From positions 4,032,001 through 4,096,000 of the forward strand of contig OY781964.1 in NCBI GenBank assembly GCA_963677485.1: DNA of 64,000 bases, read 5' to 3'. Position 1 is the stretch's first letter; the number at the start of each line of letters is the position of its first letter. The stretch is from Armatimonadota bacterium. Lineage in GTDB: Bacteria; Armatimonadota; HRBIN16. A program made the position numbers and the translations under genes. The notes under the pieces are model-generated. The model searched no databases. It was not told the DNA's origin and saw only the letters and a program-made list of their open reading frames with translations. This document shows, in pieces, positions 27,896-38,541 of this stretch.

Positions 27896-30652
27896 ATGCA
27901 TCACAAGTCTTACAATCGCCAACTAGCAGGAATTCTGGCTGCGCTTATAACTGTCTGTGTGGCGTCTTCACCACAAGCCAAAGCCGGTGTTCCAGCTCAA
28001 AAGAATAGGGATAAAGAGATGTCTGCCATTACAAAAATGCACATCACGGGTCCGTTGGGCCAGCGTATCGAAGCGAATCTGAACCAGTGGCTGTTGCCCG
28101 CTCCAGATGCTAACCCGTCTATGGTGGAGATGTTCAACGTCCGGGACCGGTCGCAGCCGTATCCCAACCCACTGGCCTGGTCGGGTGAGTTTTTCGGGAA
28201 ATACTTGATCTCCGCCGTTCAGGCACTTCGCATGACCGAAAGCAAGCAGCTTAAACAAAACATCGAGCAGATGGTCGCGCGTTTTATCAGCCTGCAAAGC
28301 GAAGAGGGCTACATGGGCCCGTTCCCGAAGGCTCAGCGGCTGCGCACCGGCTGGGATGTGTGGGGACATTATCACTGTATGCTGGGGCTCTACCAGTGGT
28401 ACCGTTACTCGGGTGACAAAACCGCGCTGACCTCGGCCATCAAGGCTGCAGACTATATCTGCGACACCTTCTTGAATGGGGATCTTCGCATCTACGATAC
28501 GGGCAGCCTGGAAATGAATATGGGTGTAGTGCATATCATGGGCATTCTGCACCGCGAGACCGGCAACCCTCGCTACCTGCAGCTTATGCGGCAGATTGAA
28601 GAGGATTGGCGCAAGCCAGAGGCGGGAGACTACCTGGAGCAGGCTTTGGCAGGTAAGGACTTCTATAACACACCCAAACCGCGATGGGAGAGCCTGCCCA
28701 TTCTGCAAGGCATCGGCGAGTTCTACCGCATCACGGGCGATGAGAAGTATCGGACCGCGTTGCTGCATGACTGGTACAGCATCCACATGACCGATGTACA
28801 CAACAGCGGCTCCTTCAGCGCAGGTGAGCAGGCGGTCGGCAACCCGTATGTGCCGATGGCTATCGAAACATGCTGCACTGTGGCCTGGATGGCGCTAAGC
28901 ATCGACGCGCTCAAGTTCAGCTCAGACAGCCGCATCGCAGATGCGTTGGAGAACGCCACCTACAACGCCATGCTGGGCGCGCAAAGCCCGACCGGCCGAT
29001 GGTGGACCTACGACACTCCCATGAACGGCCGGCGCGAGGCCGCTACGACGAACATCTACTGGCAATCCCGCCCGGGCAGCCCTGAGTTCAACTGCTGTTC
29101 GGCGAATGGACCTCGCAGCCTGGGTATGCTCAGCGAATGGTCGGTGATGGCGAATGAGCAGGGACTGGCGATCAACAGCTATGCTCCTGGTCAGATCAAC
29201 GCCAAAGATGCACAGGGTCACAAGTGGAAAATCGAGCTCAAGGGCGAGTACCCCGTGGAGCTGGCCACCGAGATCACACTCAAACCAGAGTCGAGTGTCG
29301 AGGCTTGCGTGCGGTTCCGCATCCCTGGCTGGTCGACAAAAACTCAGGTTAAGCTGAACGGAAAGTCACTGGCTATCCCAGAGGCTGGTGAATATCTGGC
29401 TATCACCAGAAAGTGGAAGTCCGGCGATAGAGTTTCCATCCAGTTTGATGAAACGCTGCGTGTGCTCCGCGCCGATCAGCGTCAGCAAAACAACGGCTGC
29501 ATCTACAGAGGGCCTCTGCTGCTGGCGATAGATCAGCACGACAACCCGTATGATCCCGACCAGATGAAGGCGCTGGACGCGGAGAAGCTGGAGTATAAGC
29601 TGCTTAAGCCGCAGGCTCCTCTGGCTCCTATGTGTTCCTTGCAGTTCAAGGACGTAGAGGGTCAGAATGTGGTGCTGCGTGACTTCGCGTCGGCAGGCAA
29701 CCTGGGCACGACCTACCGAAGCTGGATGCCGATGGTCAACACTGCTCCGGCGGCATTCCTGCTGGAATTCCCGGCATATGGTGCGGTGGTGGCTCCAGGG
29801 CGTCTGTCGTTCCGTTGGGGCGATGCCGGTGATGAGTGCAGTTACAAGTTCGAACTGGCTGATAATTCGCAAATGAAGGATCCGCTGGTAGTAAAAGATG
29901 GCCTGACCACATTCTCCGTGGCGTGCGATGATGTGCAGTCCGAGAGGCCGCTTTACTGGCAGGTTACGGCAGTGAACAGCAAGGGCAAGCAGCTCTGTAT
30001 CAACGGTCCTTGGAAGCTGTCCCTCGATGCCAGTATGAAGCCGGACGAAGAGGGTGCTGTGGCACGGGCTGCTATGCATGGCGACGCGAAAGTGGAACTC
30101 GGTGCACTGGTGCAGGCTGTGGCTATCGCGCCAACTTCCAACCACGATGGCGTTGAGAATACCGCGAGCGGCTTCAATGGCGGGTCGAGTAAGATTCAGA
30201 TCAAACCGACCGTGATGCCGTTGCGCGACTACACCGCCAGCTTGTGGGTCAAACCGCTGTATGCTGATCCCAAGAATACTGACAACCGAATGATCATCAG
30301 CGCCTGGCGACTGCCGATGGATGATCCCATGCGCCTGGTGATGATCGGCAACCAGATCATGGGTGCCATTGAGAACGGCGCGAACTACATGACGCCTGGC
30401 ATCCCTGTGGTTCACGGCAAGTGGATACACATCACTATGGTGAAGAAGGGTACCGAACTGGCCGTGTATGTGGATGGCAAGAAGAAGCAAAAGGTGGCTT
30501 GTCCCGAGGAGTTGATCAGTTACGCGGATGATCTGGCCATAGGGGCCAATCCACACTTCGCGATAGGACAGAACTCCTGGTGCGAAGTGTCGGACTTCGT
30601 GCTTTACGCTCGGGCGTTGTCTGATGATGAGATCAAACAGCTTGTGAAGTAG
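27896..30652 (+). CDS. GH127/GH146 beta-L-arabinofuranosidase-like hydrolase with C-terminal LamG domain
   Basis: WSGEFFGKY, ETCCTVAW, FNCCSANGPR Cys motifs, FRIPGWS, YRGPLLLA; C-terminal WIHITMV..VYVDG..YARALSDDEI; signal peptide; AGGAG RBS. Confidence 0.88.
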   Translation: MHHKSYNRQLAGILAALITVCVASSPQAKAGVPAQKNRDKEMSAITKMHITGPLGQRIEANLNQWLLPAPDANPSMVEMFNVRDRSQPYPNPLAWSGEFFGKYLISAVQALRMTESKQLKQNIEQMVARFISLQSEEGYMGPFPKAQRLRTGWDVWGHYHCMLGLYQWYRYSGDKTALTSAIKAADYICDTFLNGDLRIYDTGSLEMNMGVVHIMGILHRETGNPRYLQLMRQIEEDWRKPEAGDYLEQALAGKDFYNTPKPRWESLPILQGIGEFYRITGDEKYRTALLHDWYSIHMTDVHNSGSFSAGEQAVGNPYVPMAIETCCTVAWMALSIDALKFSSDSRIADALENATYNAMLGAQSPTGRWWTYDTPMNGRREAATTNIYWQSRPGSPEFNCCSANGPRSLGMLSEWSVMANEQGLAINSYAPGQINAKDAQGHKWKIELKGEYPVELATEITLKPESSVEACVRFRIPGWSTKTQVKLNGKSLAIPEAGEYLAITRKWKSGDRVSIQFDETLRVLRADQRQQNNGCIYRGPLLLAIDQHDNPYDPDQMKALDAEKLEYKLLKPQAPLAPMCSLQFKDVEGQNVVLRDFASAGNLGTTYRSWMPMVNTAPAAFLLEFPAYGAVVAPGRLSFRWGDAGDECSYKFELADNSQMKDPLVVKDGLTTFSVACDDVQSERPLYWQVTAVNSKGKQLCINGPWKLSLDASMKPDEEGAVARAAMHGDAKVELGALVQAVAIAPTSNHDGVENTASGFNGGSSKIQIKPTVMPLRDYTASLWVKPLYADPKNTDNRMIISAWRLPMDDPMRLVMIGNQIMGAIENGANYMTPGIPVVHGKWIHITMVKKGTELAVYVDGKKKQKVACPEELISYADDLAIGANPHFAIGQNSWCEVSDFVLYARALSDDEIKQLVK

Positions 30653-30688
30653 GCGCACGATAAAACTGGTTGAGTGCTCAACCATAGG

Positions 30689-30731
30689 GCGGGATGCGGA
30701 TAGCAGTGTTGCTAATCTGCGTCCCGCTTTT
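30689..30731 (+). terminator. Rho-independent terminator
   Basis: GCGGGATGCGGAT..ATCTGCGTCCCGC followed by TTTT, after the GH127 gene. Confidence 0.7.
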
Positions 30732-30827
30732 GTGTGTGGCTCAAAGTACAGGTTGTCGTACAATAGAGTTGGTATACAAAAGTTGAAATGAATAGATGAT
30801 ACCGCATCTTGAGAGGGGATACGAAAT

Positions 30828-31814
30828 ATGATTTGCGTGATTGGTGGAGCGGGATATATTGGCTCGCATACGGTCAAACAGCTCAACAAGAAGGGTTATC
30901 AAACGCTGGTACTTGACAACCTGGAACTGGGGCATATCGAGGCCGTCAAGTGGGGCGAGTTCGTTCAAGGTGATTATACCGACCGTGCTGTGCTTGATGA
31001 GGTGTTCACAAAGTACCCGATAGATTGCGTGATGCATTTCGCGGCGTATGCCAGCGTGGCGGAGTCGATGACCGACCCTGCGAAGTTTTACCGGTTAAAC
31101 GTGGTCGGTGGATACACCCTGCTTGAGGCGATGCGGGCTCACGGAGTGAACAAAATCATCTTTTCGTCATCGGCCGCCACCTACGGTGAGCCTGTGACCC
31201 TGCCAATCCCTGAGAACCACCCTCAAGACCCTACCAACGCTTACGGTGAATCGAAACTTACCTTTGAGAAGATGCTGAAGTGGTATGACGTGGCCTACGG
31301 CGTGAAGTCCGTCAGTCTGCGTTACTTCAACGCTGCCGGTGCGGATATGGAGGGCGAGCTGGGCGAAGACCATGACCCGGAAACCCACTTGATCCCGCTG
31401 GTGATCGACGCGGTGATGGGTAAACGCGCTAATGTCAAAATCTTTGGTACGGACTATCCGACCTCAGACGGCACCTGCGTTCGTGATTATGTGCATGTGA
31501 CCGACCTGGCCGATGCCCATATGCTGGCCTATGAAAGGCTGCTGGCTGGTGAGGCCACGACCCGCTACAATCTGGGGAACGGTGCCGGAATCTCGGTCAG
31601 GGAGATCATCGATACGGTGGCGCAGGTCTCTGGCAAGGAGGTGCCTGTGGTAGACGCGGATCGCCGTGCTGGTGACCCTGCGCGCCTCGTGGCCAGCAGT
31701 GCCAAAGCGCAGAGCGAACTCGGCTGGGTGCCTCAGTATGGTGATATCCGCAGCATCGTGGAGAGTGCATATCATTGGCGGATCGCCCATCCAAACGGGT
31801 TTGACAAAGCTTGA
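30828..31814 (+). CDS. galE: UDP-glucose 4-epimerase
   Basis: GGAGYIGSH, MHFAA, FSSSAATYG, YGESK, LRYFNAAGA, DGTCVRDYVHV. Confidence 0.96.
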   Translation: MICVIGGAGYIGSHTVKQLNKKGYQTLVLDNLELGHIEAVKWGEFVQGDYTDRAVLDEVFTKYPIDCVMHFAAYASVAESMTDPAKFYRLNVVGGYTLLEAMRAHGVNKIIFSSSAATYGEPVTLPIPENHPQDPTNAYGESKLTFEKMLKWYDVAYGVKSVSLRYFNAAGADMEGELGEDHDPETHLIPLVIDAVMGKRANVKIFGTDYPTSDGTCVRDYVHVTDLADAHMLAYERLLAGEATTRYNLGNGAGISVREIIDTVAQVSGKEVPVVDADRRAGDPARLVASSAKAQSELGWVPQYGDIRSIVESAYHWRIAHPNGFDKA

Positions 31815-32833
31815 GCCATCGCATGATCAAGCAAGCTGCCGTCGAAGCGTTGTTTCGAGAGTTTTCGGAGAAGAAGCTGCTGGTGTTGGGCGACCTGATG
31901 GTCGATGCCTACATCACCGGCACGGTGGAGCGCATCAGCCCTGAAGCGCCTGTGCCTGTACTGGTGAGCGAACAACGCTTCAGCGTGCCTGGTGGTGCTG
32001 CCAATGTGGCGAATAACCTCAACGCCTGGGGAGCTTCCACTACCCTCATCGGTGTGGTGGGTGATGATCTGCCCGGTCAGCAGTTGTGCAGCCAGCTAAG
32101 CGAAACCGGCATTGATGTTAGCCGCATGGTGATAGACGGCTCACGACCCACGACCGTGAAGACGAGGCTCGTCGCCGGAAATCAGCAGATCGTGCGCGTC
32201 GACACCGAGTGCAACGACGATGTCTCAGGCGAGGTCGAATCTCGCTTGATTGAAGCCGCGATGGGTGCACTCTTCGGTGTGGATGCGGTGCTGATTTCAG
32301 ACTACCAGAAGGGTGTGCTCACGCCGCGTGTGGTCGGTGATGTGATCAAGACGGCGCTACAGGCTGGCATACCGGTGATCTGCAACCCGAAACCGCCGTT
32401 GATGCCTTATCTGCAGCAGGCAACGCTTCTGAGCGTCAACATCCACGAAGCACGCGCCTATGCGAAAGTGGCTCACTGCCATCTACCGTTGGAAACTCCT
32501 GAGCAGTTGCTGACCGCGACCTCCCAGTGGCTCGAACCTCTGGATGTCGAATACTTGATGGTGACACTGGGCAAGCACGGCTGCCTGCTCAGCTCTCGCC
32601 AAAACAGCCTGCATCAGCCTGCTTACTCGGTGGATGTGAGTGACCCTGCAGGAGCGGGTGACACCGTCATCTCCATGCTGGCTTTGTGCATGACTTGTGG
32701 GGTATCAATGGATGTTGCGATGATGTTTGCCAACGCCGCCGCTGGCAGCGTGGTGCGGCATGTAGGGGTGGTCACGCCCATAAAGGATGAAGTGATGCAG
32801 CTATTGTGTCACGGGGAAGAGGAATCTGCTTAG
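31811..32833 (+). CDS. rfaE1: D-glycero-D-manno-heptose-7-phosphate kinase (HldE/RfaE domain I, stand-alone)
   Basis: GDLMVDAY..RISPEAPVPV, PGGAANVA, TTVKTR, SDYQKG, GAGDTV; no adenylyltransferase domain. Confidence 0.88.
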   Translation: MSHRMIKQAAVEALFREFSEKKLLVLGDLMVDAYITGTVERISPEAPVPVLVSEQRFSVPGGAANVANNLNAWGASTTLIGVVGDDLPGQQLCSQLSETGIDVSRMVIDGSRPTTVKTRLVAGNQQIVRVDTECNDDVSGEVESRLIEAAMGALFGVDAVLISDYQKGVLTPRVVGDVIKTALQAGIPVICNPKPPLMPYLQQATLLSVNIHEARAYAKVAHCHLPLETPEQLLTATSQWLEPLDVEYLMVTLGKHGCLLSSRQNSLHQPAYSVDVSDPAGAGDTVISMLALCMTCGVSMDVAMMFANAAAGSVVRHVGVVTPIKDEVMQLLCHGEEESA

Positions 32834-32838
32834 TTATC

Positions 32839-34626
32839 ATGATGAATCAATACAATCGCCGGATTTTGGTTATCTGGTTATCAATATCACTTTTTATTTG
32901 CGCTGCCTTGGTGAATGCAGCATCGAGAATACAGCTTCAGGACAGGGACGTGCTGGTAGCGGGCTCTGTGGTCTTCCGGGGGAGCAGCACGTCACAGGCT
33001 GAAACTGTGGCCCAGAGGATCAACAAAGCGTTAGAGTTCGGTGCTTCGGCTGGTTCTGTCAGCCTCAAAGGGAAACGGCGAAACTACGCTGTGTGGATGT
33101 CCGGGCAGCTCATCAGCAGCTACGGAGGGCGCCAGGCAAGAGGCATGGCTATGGGTTTTGCATCGAAACTTAAGCATGCAGTGGCGCAGCCCGCTGTAAG
33201 GATGCCGGTATCCGGTATGGTGGTTCCGTTGGGTTCCAGCCGCACCGTCAGTGTATCTGGGTATGGTGTGTCGGATAGCGAGATATCGGTGCTGCAGTCC
33301 GATATCTCTCCTGTGCTTGAATCGAAATTCGATCGCGCCAGTAAAAAGCTGACGATCAACGGCTTGAGTGCTGGTGATACCACAGTTGTGGTTTCAGGCC
33401 CTGAAGGCGAGGACCGGATGGCTATCAAGGTTCGTCCGTGGGCCGGGCATGTCGGCTACGGCGGGACCGTGGGTGTGATGGGCTCGGTGGTGTCTGCCTC
33501 ATTGATCAAAAGGGCCGTCACATCAGCCATCTATCGGCACTCTATTCGGCAGCCGCAAGCGGTGCTGAATGTGAAATACCTTACACCGATGAATAGAACG
33601 CTACATGAAGGTCACAAGATGACCATCACTGTCAAAGTAGGTATCACCGCTCCAGACGCTTTACCGGTAAACTACACCGCGGCCGTGCCTGTATACAATC
33701 TCAGTGTTCTGTCGGCACAGGAGACCGTTCTGCGCGTCAGCAACAATCCTGAGACGGTGAAGAAGGCGGGCCGATTGTTTGAGGGCACCGTGCTGCCTGG
33801 TAGATCGACCCGTTTGCTGTATCACCACGTGAATGAAACCGGGCGTATGGCTTGGATGCGCATTGAGCTATCCAACCCATCTGATCAGCCTCGAAGTTTG
33901 CAGTTGATCGGTGCTACGCCTGCCGCACGCATCGACCCGCTGCAGCTTGGTGCTGTGGCGGGCAAGGAGTTCTTGTCGCGCTTGTTTGGGCAGCAGGGGA
34001 TGGTGATTACCATCAAACCACGCAGCAAGATGAACCTCTTCACTCAACGGGTGCCGAACAAGCTATCGTCCAGCGGTGTGATCCAGATCACGATGGGCCG
34101 AGACATGGATGCCGCCTGTGGTCTTCGCGTGAGCCTCGATGGGCAGCCGCCAGTCGATTCCGCGACTGAGCTTCTTGCCGCCAGCCTGCCGCAGGATATC
34201 TCTGCGATAGATGGAATGATCTATGAGAAAGACTCCATATATGAAACCAGCCATAAGTCGATCAAGGCCAGTTACGAGGTAGGGAAGGCTTGGCAGTTTA
34301 TCCGCATTGGTGAACATGCCGTGGTAGATAAGCAGGGAAATAAACTGTTTGGTAACTATGGCGTGGTCTACTCGGTAGATATCGACATGTATAACCCGAG
34401 TGATGTGATAAAGAAGGTGCGTGTGGCTTTGGAGCCGAGTGGCGGTCTGGCTGATGCTGCGTTTGCCATCGGCGGGGACATGGTGCAGCTAGGGCTGCTG
34501 CAACCCAACCGCGACTACACGGTGAGGATCCTGGTGCTACAGCCGGGGCAGCGTAAACAGATCAGAATTCATACGATGCCGCTAGCTGGCAGCAACTATC
34601 CCGTGACGTTGGTGGTTGGCAGTTGA
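32839..34626 (+). CDS. Exported hypothetical protein with DUF3370-like C-terminal domain
   Basis: Signal peptide, beta-rich; SNNPETV, RLLYHHVN, GNYGVVY, PLAGSNYP motifs. Confidence 0.6.
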   Translation: MMNQYNRRILVIWLSISLFICAALVNAASRIQLQDRDVLVAGSVVFRGSSTSQAETVAQRINKALEFGASAGSVSLKGKRRNYAVWMSGQLISSYGGRQARGMAMGFASKLKHAVAQPAVRMPVSGMVVPLGSSRTVSVSGYGVSDSEISVLQSDISPVLESKFDRASKKLTINGLSAGDTTVVVSGPEGEDRMAIKVRPWAGHVGYGGTVGVMGSVVSASLIKRAVTSAIYRHSIRQPQAVLNVKYLTPMNRTLHEGHKMTITVKVGITAPDALPVNYTAAVPVYNLSVLSAQETVLRVSNNPETVKKAGRLFEGTVLPGRSTRLLYHHVNETGRMAWMRIELSNPSDQPRSLQLIGATPAARIDPLQLGAVAGKEFLSRLFGQQGMVITIKPRSKMNLFTQRVPNKLSSSGVIQITMGRDMDAACGLRVSLDGQPPVDSATELLAASLPQDISAIDGMIYEKDSIYETSHKSIKASYEVGKAWQFIRIGEHAVVDKQGNKLFGNYGVVYSVDIDMYNPSDVIKKVRVALEPSGGLADAAFAIGGDMVQLGLLQPNRDYTVRILVLQPGQRKQIRIHTMPLAGSNYPVTLVVGS

Positions 34627-36284
34627 ACCGAATCTTACTACCAGCATTGATCATGTGGCTTTGTGCATCGTGTGTTACGGCACAACAGACACCTACCGTG
34701 ACGCAGGAGATGTCTTCACGACTTAATCTGAAGGCACATGTGCTGTGGGTAGACCCATCATGGAACTTGAAGTCGGTGAATACGCTGGAGGGTGTGCGTG
34801 CCCTAATCGACAGGGTGGCACAAGCGAAGTTCCACACCATCATCCTTGATGTGAAGCCGATCACTGGCGAGGTGATATTCAAAAGCAAGGTAGCAGCACC
34901 GTTTCCTGACTGGAAGGGTGTGAACCTGTCACCCGACTTTGATGTGCTGAAGGCGATGACTGAAGCCGCTCATGCCAAGGGACTGGAACTGTATGCCAGC
35001 TTTAACACCTTCACTGAAGGGCACCGGCAGGTCGAACGCGGCAAGGCGTATGAGAAGAAGCGGTGGCAGGTGCAGTATCTTGTGCCGTTGTATCGCATCA
35101 CTTTGCCCAATGGCGAGGTGGTGCCCCTGGCCGAAACCGATGAGGAGGTACTTGACAAGCCGTCTGGCTGGTTTGTGACAAAAGGAAAAGCCACTGCAGC
35201 CAAAGACAGTGGAGTGCGATTCTTCATTTTTGGCCCAGACAGTGTTCTGATCGGCCCTGTAGATGCTGCAGGCCAACCGGATGGCGGATTCCCATATCCT
35301 GCAGGCGGGTATGCACTGGGATGCCGAGGTTCGTTGCGCGAATATCTAGACACCGCATTGAAACCGGGAGACCGGATTAGTGTGAGCTCTGAGTGGTCTT
35401 TGGTGACCTCTGAGGCGGCTCCGGTGAAGGAAGCGGGGCTGTTTGTGAATCCGGCACTACCGGAAGTGCGTAACTACCAGTTGAACCTCATCCGTGAGGT
35501 GGTGCAGAACTACGATGTGGACGGCATCGTGCTGGACCGTATGCGGTATCCGGCTCCTGAAGCGGACTTCTCAGAGGCGAGCCGCTACCTTTTCGAGCAA
35601 CAGACGGGTGCCAACACCAAAGACTGGCCTGAATGTGTGCTGAAACCGCCGTCTATACCCAATGGCGAAGCCGAGTATGGCCCATTATGGGGCAAGTGGC
35701 AACAGTGGCGGGCCAAACAGATCCACGACTTTGTGCTCGACATTCGCGATCATGTGATTCCTGTAAAACCCAAGATCAAACTGGCGGCGTATGTGGGTAG
35801 TTGGTATGGCAATTATGCTGGAGTGGGTGTGGAGTGGGGCAACGATCTGACCCATACACCGTATTCCTGGGCCGATGACGATTACCGGATCAACGGCTTT
35901 GCAGGCATGATGGATTGGTTGACCACCGGCTGTTACTACAAATGGCCTACCATGGCAGAGGCCCGCGAGAACGGAGCTCCCGCTGGGGCCAGCGTCGAGG
36001 CCGCGGCTCAGTTGTCGGTCACCGGCGCCAAAGATGCGTGCTGGGTCTATCCGGGCATCTATGTGCTGGACTTCAAGGGTGACCCCAACCGGTTCAAGAA
36101 CGCCATCGCACAGGCATTGAAGAACGGGCAGGGGATCATGATATTCGATAGCTATTATTTGGATGAATACAACTGGTGGGGACTGCTTTCCGAAACACTT
36201 AACGAGAACGAACACTCACCGCACCTTCATCCTGAGTTGCTGGAGCAGGCACGCGATATTAGGGACCGGATCAACCCACGGTAG
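34623..36284 (+). CDS. GHL10 family glycosyl hydrolase-like protein
   Basis: LWVD, ILDVKP, DFDVL..AHAKGLELYA, FVNPALPEVR, YDVDGIVLDRMRYP; signal peptide; start overlaps upstream stop. Confidence 0.85.
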   Translation: MNRILLPALIMWLCASCVTAQQTPTVTQEMSSRLNLKAHVLWVDPSWNLKSVNTLEGVRALIDRVAQAKFHTIILDVKPITGEVIFKSKVAAPFPDWKGVNLSPDFDVLKAMTEAAHAKGLELYASFNTFTEGHRQVERGKAYEKKRWQVQYLVPLYRITLPNGEVVPLAETDEEVLDKPSGWFVTKGKATAAKDSGVRFFIFGPDSVLIGPVDAAGQPDGGFPYPAGGYALGCRGSLREYLDTALKPGDRISVSSEWSLVTSEAAPVKEAGLFVNPALPEVRNYQLNLIREVVQNYDVDGIVLDRMRYPAPEADFSEASRYLFEQQTGANTKDWPECVLKPPSIPNGEAEYGPLWGKWQQWRAKQIHDFVLDIRDHVIPVKPKIKLAAYVGSWYGNYAGVGVEWGNDLTHTPYSWADDDYRINGFAGMMDWLTTGCYYKWPTMAEARENGAPAGASVEAAAQLSVTGAKDACWVYPGIYVLDFKGDPNRFKNAIAQALKNGQGIMIFDSYYLDEYNWWGLLSETLNENEHSPHLHPELLEQARDIRDRINPR

Positions 36285-36326
36285 TATAGGAATATTACAG
36301 CTTCGAACTCGAAGGAGACCTGACTC

Positions 36327-38384
36327 ATGAAGCGCATTCTTGCCTGTCTGTCATGCCTGGTGTTTACTGCGATGGCCTTCGCTAACCCGAATGGTGAATA
36401 TCCCAAGATCGGCAACATGTGGGGGCTGGATGCGTGGTCGTTGAAATCCGCCAGCAACCTGGACTTTAGTGTCTGGGGCCGTTATGATTTGATGGTGATC
36501 GCTGGTTGGACTGTAGATGACCTGAAGACCATCCGGCAGAACACCCGCGCCGTCAACCCCCATTCGCTGCTTCTGCACACCGAGACACTCACCAACGCCT
36601 ACGAAAGACCACCTGGCACCGATGACAACTGGTCGTTATATCGGCCGAATGGCGAGGAGCTCCGATGGTGGGCAGGGCAGATACGAATCCCAAACCTGCT
36701 GGATGACAAAGTGAGTAAAGGGCTTCGCATCATGGCCGGCAGGGTTTCTCAACCGGCGCTTCAGCAGGGACTGATCGACGGACTGTTTTTCGACAGCGTG
36801 ACGGGCAGTATCAGCTATTTCGGCGATATCGACCTCAACCGTGATGGCAAGGCTGATGACCCTGTCAAGCTGAATCGAAGCTGGTTGGCGGCTCAGAACC
36901 GGTTCTTTGATAGTTTCTCTGAGTGGAGCCCGAAACCGCTGATCATGGGAAATGACTGCGATATGGGACACGCATCCCATGTGAATGGCCGGCAGGTAGA
37001 GGGGCAGGTTATCCTTGATACCGTGGCTGACGGGATGTTGAGTGCCATCGACGCGGTGAATGGGTTCAGCCGCTGGCAGGGAGCCACCAAGAAGCCACCG
37101 ATCACATTTGTGGTGATGTGCCACCCGGACGGCAACCAGGACTGGCGCATAGGTAAAGGGCGCGAGTCTCTGACACCTGGCGTTCGTGAGCTGGTGCGTC
37201 GCGATTTCCGGCGGATGCGAGTGGGGCTGGGAGTCGCCCTGCTGAGCGGAAGCTACTACGCATATGACTTCGGCACCACCTTCTACGGGCTGCCGCTTTG
37301 GTACCCCGACTATGATGCACCGCTGGGGAAGCCGATATCCGCCAGCAAACAAGTTCCCTTATCAAAAGCCGTAGACCAAACAGTTTTGGACTGGACCTCC
37401 AGCCATAAACTGCCTGGTTGGACGAATCCCGTAGCCAAATCGGATCATGGGCTGAAGTGGAGTATCGTCAAGGCGAAACCCACGGACTGGACGCCACTGC
37501 TCAGTATCCCTGTGGCTGAACTAGGTCTGACGGCGGGGGACAGCTTCCGTGTAGATGCAGAGTTTGAGATCGCCTCTGGGCCTCAGCCCGGTCTGCAGTG
37601 GACCTGCCGAAGTGACAAAGGCGGATGGCTGCAAGACCGCGGCGTGATGAGCCCATACCAGCGCTCCGTATGGATGCGGGATTCGGGGTTATCTCCTATG
37701 TGGCGATTCACCGCGCATGGCACGCAGGATCAATTTTCGGATTACCGGTTCCTTCTGAGTATGGCTGGCCAAGGCGGTGTCACCTTGAAGCGACTAAAAA
37801 TCACTCGGGTCGCGCCGGTGTATCTGAGGCGTGAGTTTACGGGTGGTGTGGTAGTGGTGAACCCACAGCCTAGACCGATCACGGTCGACCTGGGCGGCAA
37901 CTACCGAGAGCTTGCCATCGCAGAAGCACCCTCTGTGCAGCTTATTGAAGACGATGACAAAGCCGTCTACAAAGGCGAGTGGAAGGAGCTGGTGACACCC
38001 ATCCAGTATTATGCCCGTGGGTATCGGCAGAGCAGCAGCGCAGGGGAGAAGGCATCCTGGAGCTTTGTGGCACCCGAGACAGGACGATATGTTCTTTCAG
38101 CCAGCATTCCAGGCGGTGAGGGCTGCTCACCGGATGCCGTGTATACCTGCGGCGCTCAGAACATCACTATCGACCAGCGAAAGGGCGACGGCGGCTGGCA
38201 GAAGCTGTTTGAAGTGCAGGCCACCAAAGGCCAGCGGATCAGGCTGGAGTTGACCACGGGTCTGACGGGCAGCACCATCGCCGACGCCGTGCAGATGGAG
38301 AGCACCACTCCGCTGCAGCAAGGTCGACTGCTGCGGAAGCTCACCATCGGCGCCACCGACGCGCGGATATTACTGAGGCCGTGA
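36327..38384 (+). CDS. Secreted putative glycoside hydrolase (GHL15-like) with inserted beta-sandwich domains
   Basis: DGLFFDS, IMGN, RMRVGLGVALL, WYPDYDAPLGKP, RREFTGGVVVVNP; golvesin/xanthan-lyase-like module ending IADAVQ. Confidence 0.65.
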   Translation: MKRILACLSCLVFTAMAFANPNGEYPKIGNMWGLDAWSLKSASNLDFSVWGRYDLMVIAGWTVDDLKTIRQNTRAVNPHSLLLHTETLTNAYERPPGTDDNWSLYRPNGEELRWWAGQIRIPNLLDDKVSKGLRIMAGRVSQPALQQGLIDGLFFDSVTGSISYFGDIDLNRDGKADDPVKLNRSWLAAQNRFFDSFSEWSPKPLIMGNDCDMGHASHVNGRQVEGQVILDTVADGMLSAIDAVNGFSRWQGATKKPPITFVVMCHPDGNQDWRIGKGRESLTPGVRELVRRDFRRMRVGLGVALLSGSYYAYDFGTTFYGLPLWYPDYDAPLGKPISASKQVPLSKAVDQTVLDWTSSHKLPGWTNPVAKSDHGLKWSIVKAKPTDWTPLLSIPVAELGLTAGDSFRVDAEFEIASGPQPGLQWTCRSDKGGWLQDRGVMSPYQRSVWMRDSGLSPMWRFTAHGTQDQFSDYRFLLSMAGQGGVTLKRLKITRVAPVYLRREFTGGVVVVNPQPRPITVDLGGNYRELAIAEAPSVQLIEDDDKAVYKGEWKELVTPIQYYARGYRQSSSAGEKASWSFVAPETGRYVLSASIPGGEGCSPDAVYTCGAQNITIDQRKGDGGWQKLFEVQATKGQRIRLELTTGLTGSTIADAVQMESTTPLQQGRLLRKLTIGATDARILLRP

Positions 38385-38541
38385 GCTCGGTTCATGGTGG
38401 TCTGTGATCATACGTTATATCGACTCTTGTCGGTGCCCGAAACATCCCTGCAGTTTGGGTATTGATAATCGATCATCTATGTGATTCTATGGTAATGACC
38501 ATCCGTCAGAGCCTAACAATATAGAGCAACCTAACCCGAAA

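Noticed and set aside
29366-30889. 507-aa minus-strand ORF
   Set aside because: Antisense shadow of the GH127/LamG gene with no recognisable motifs.
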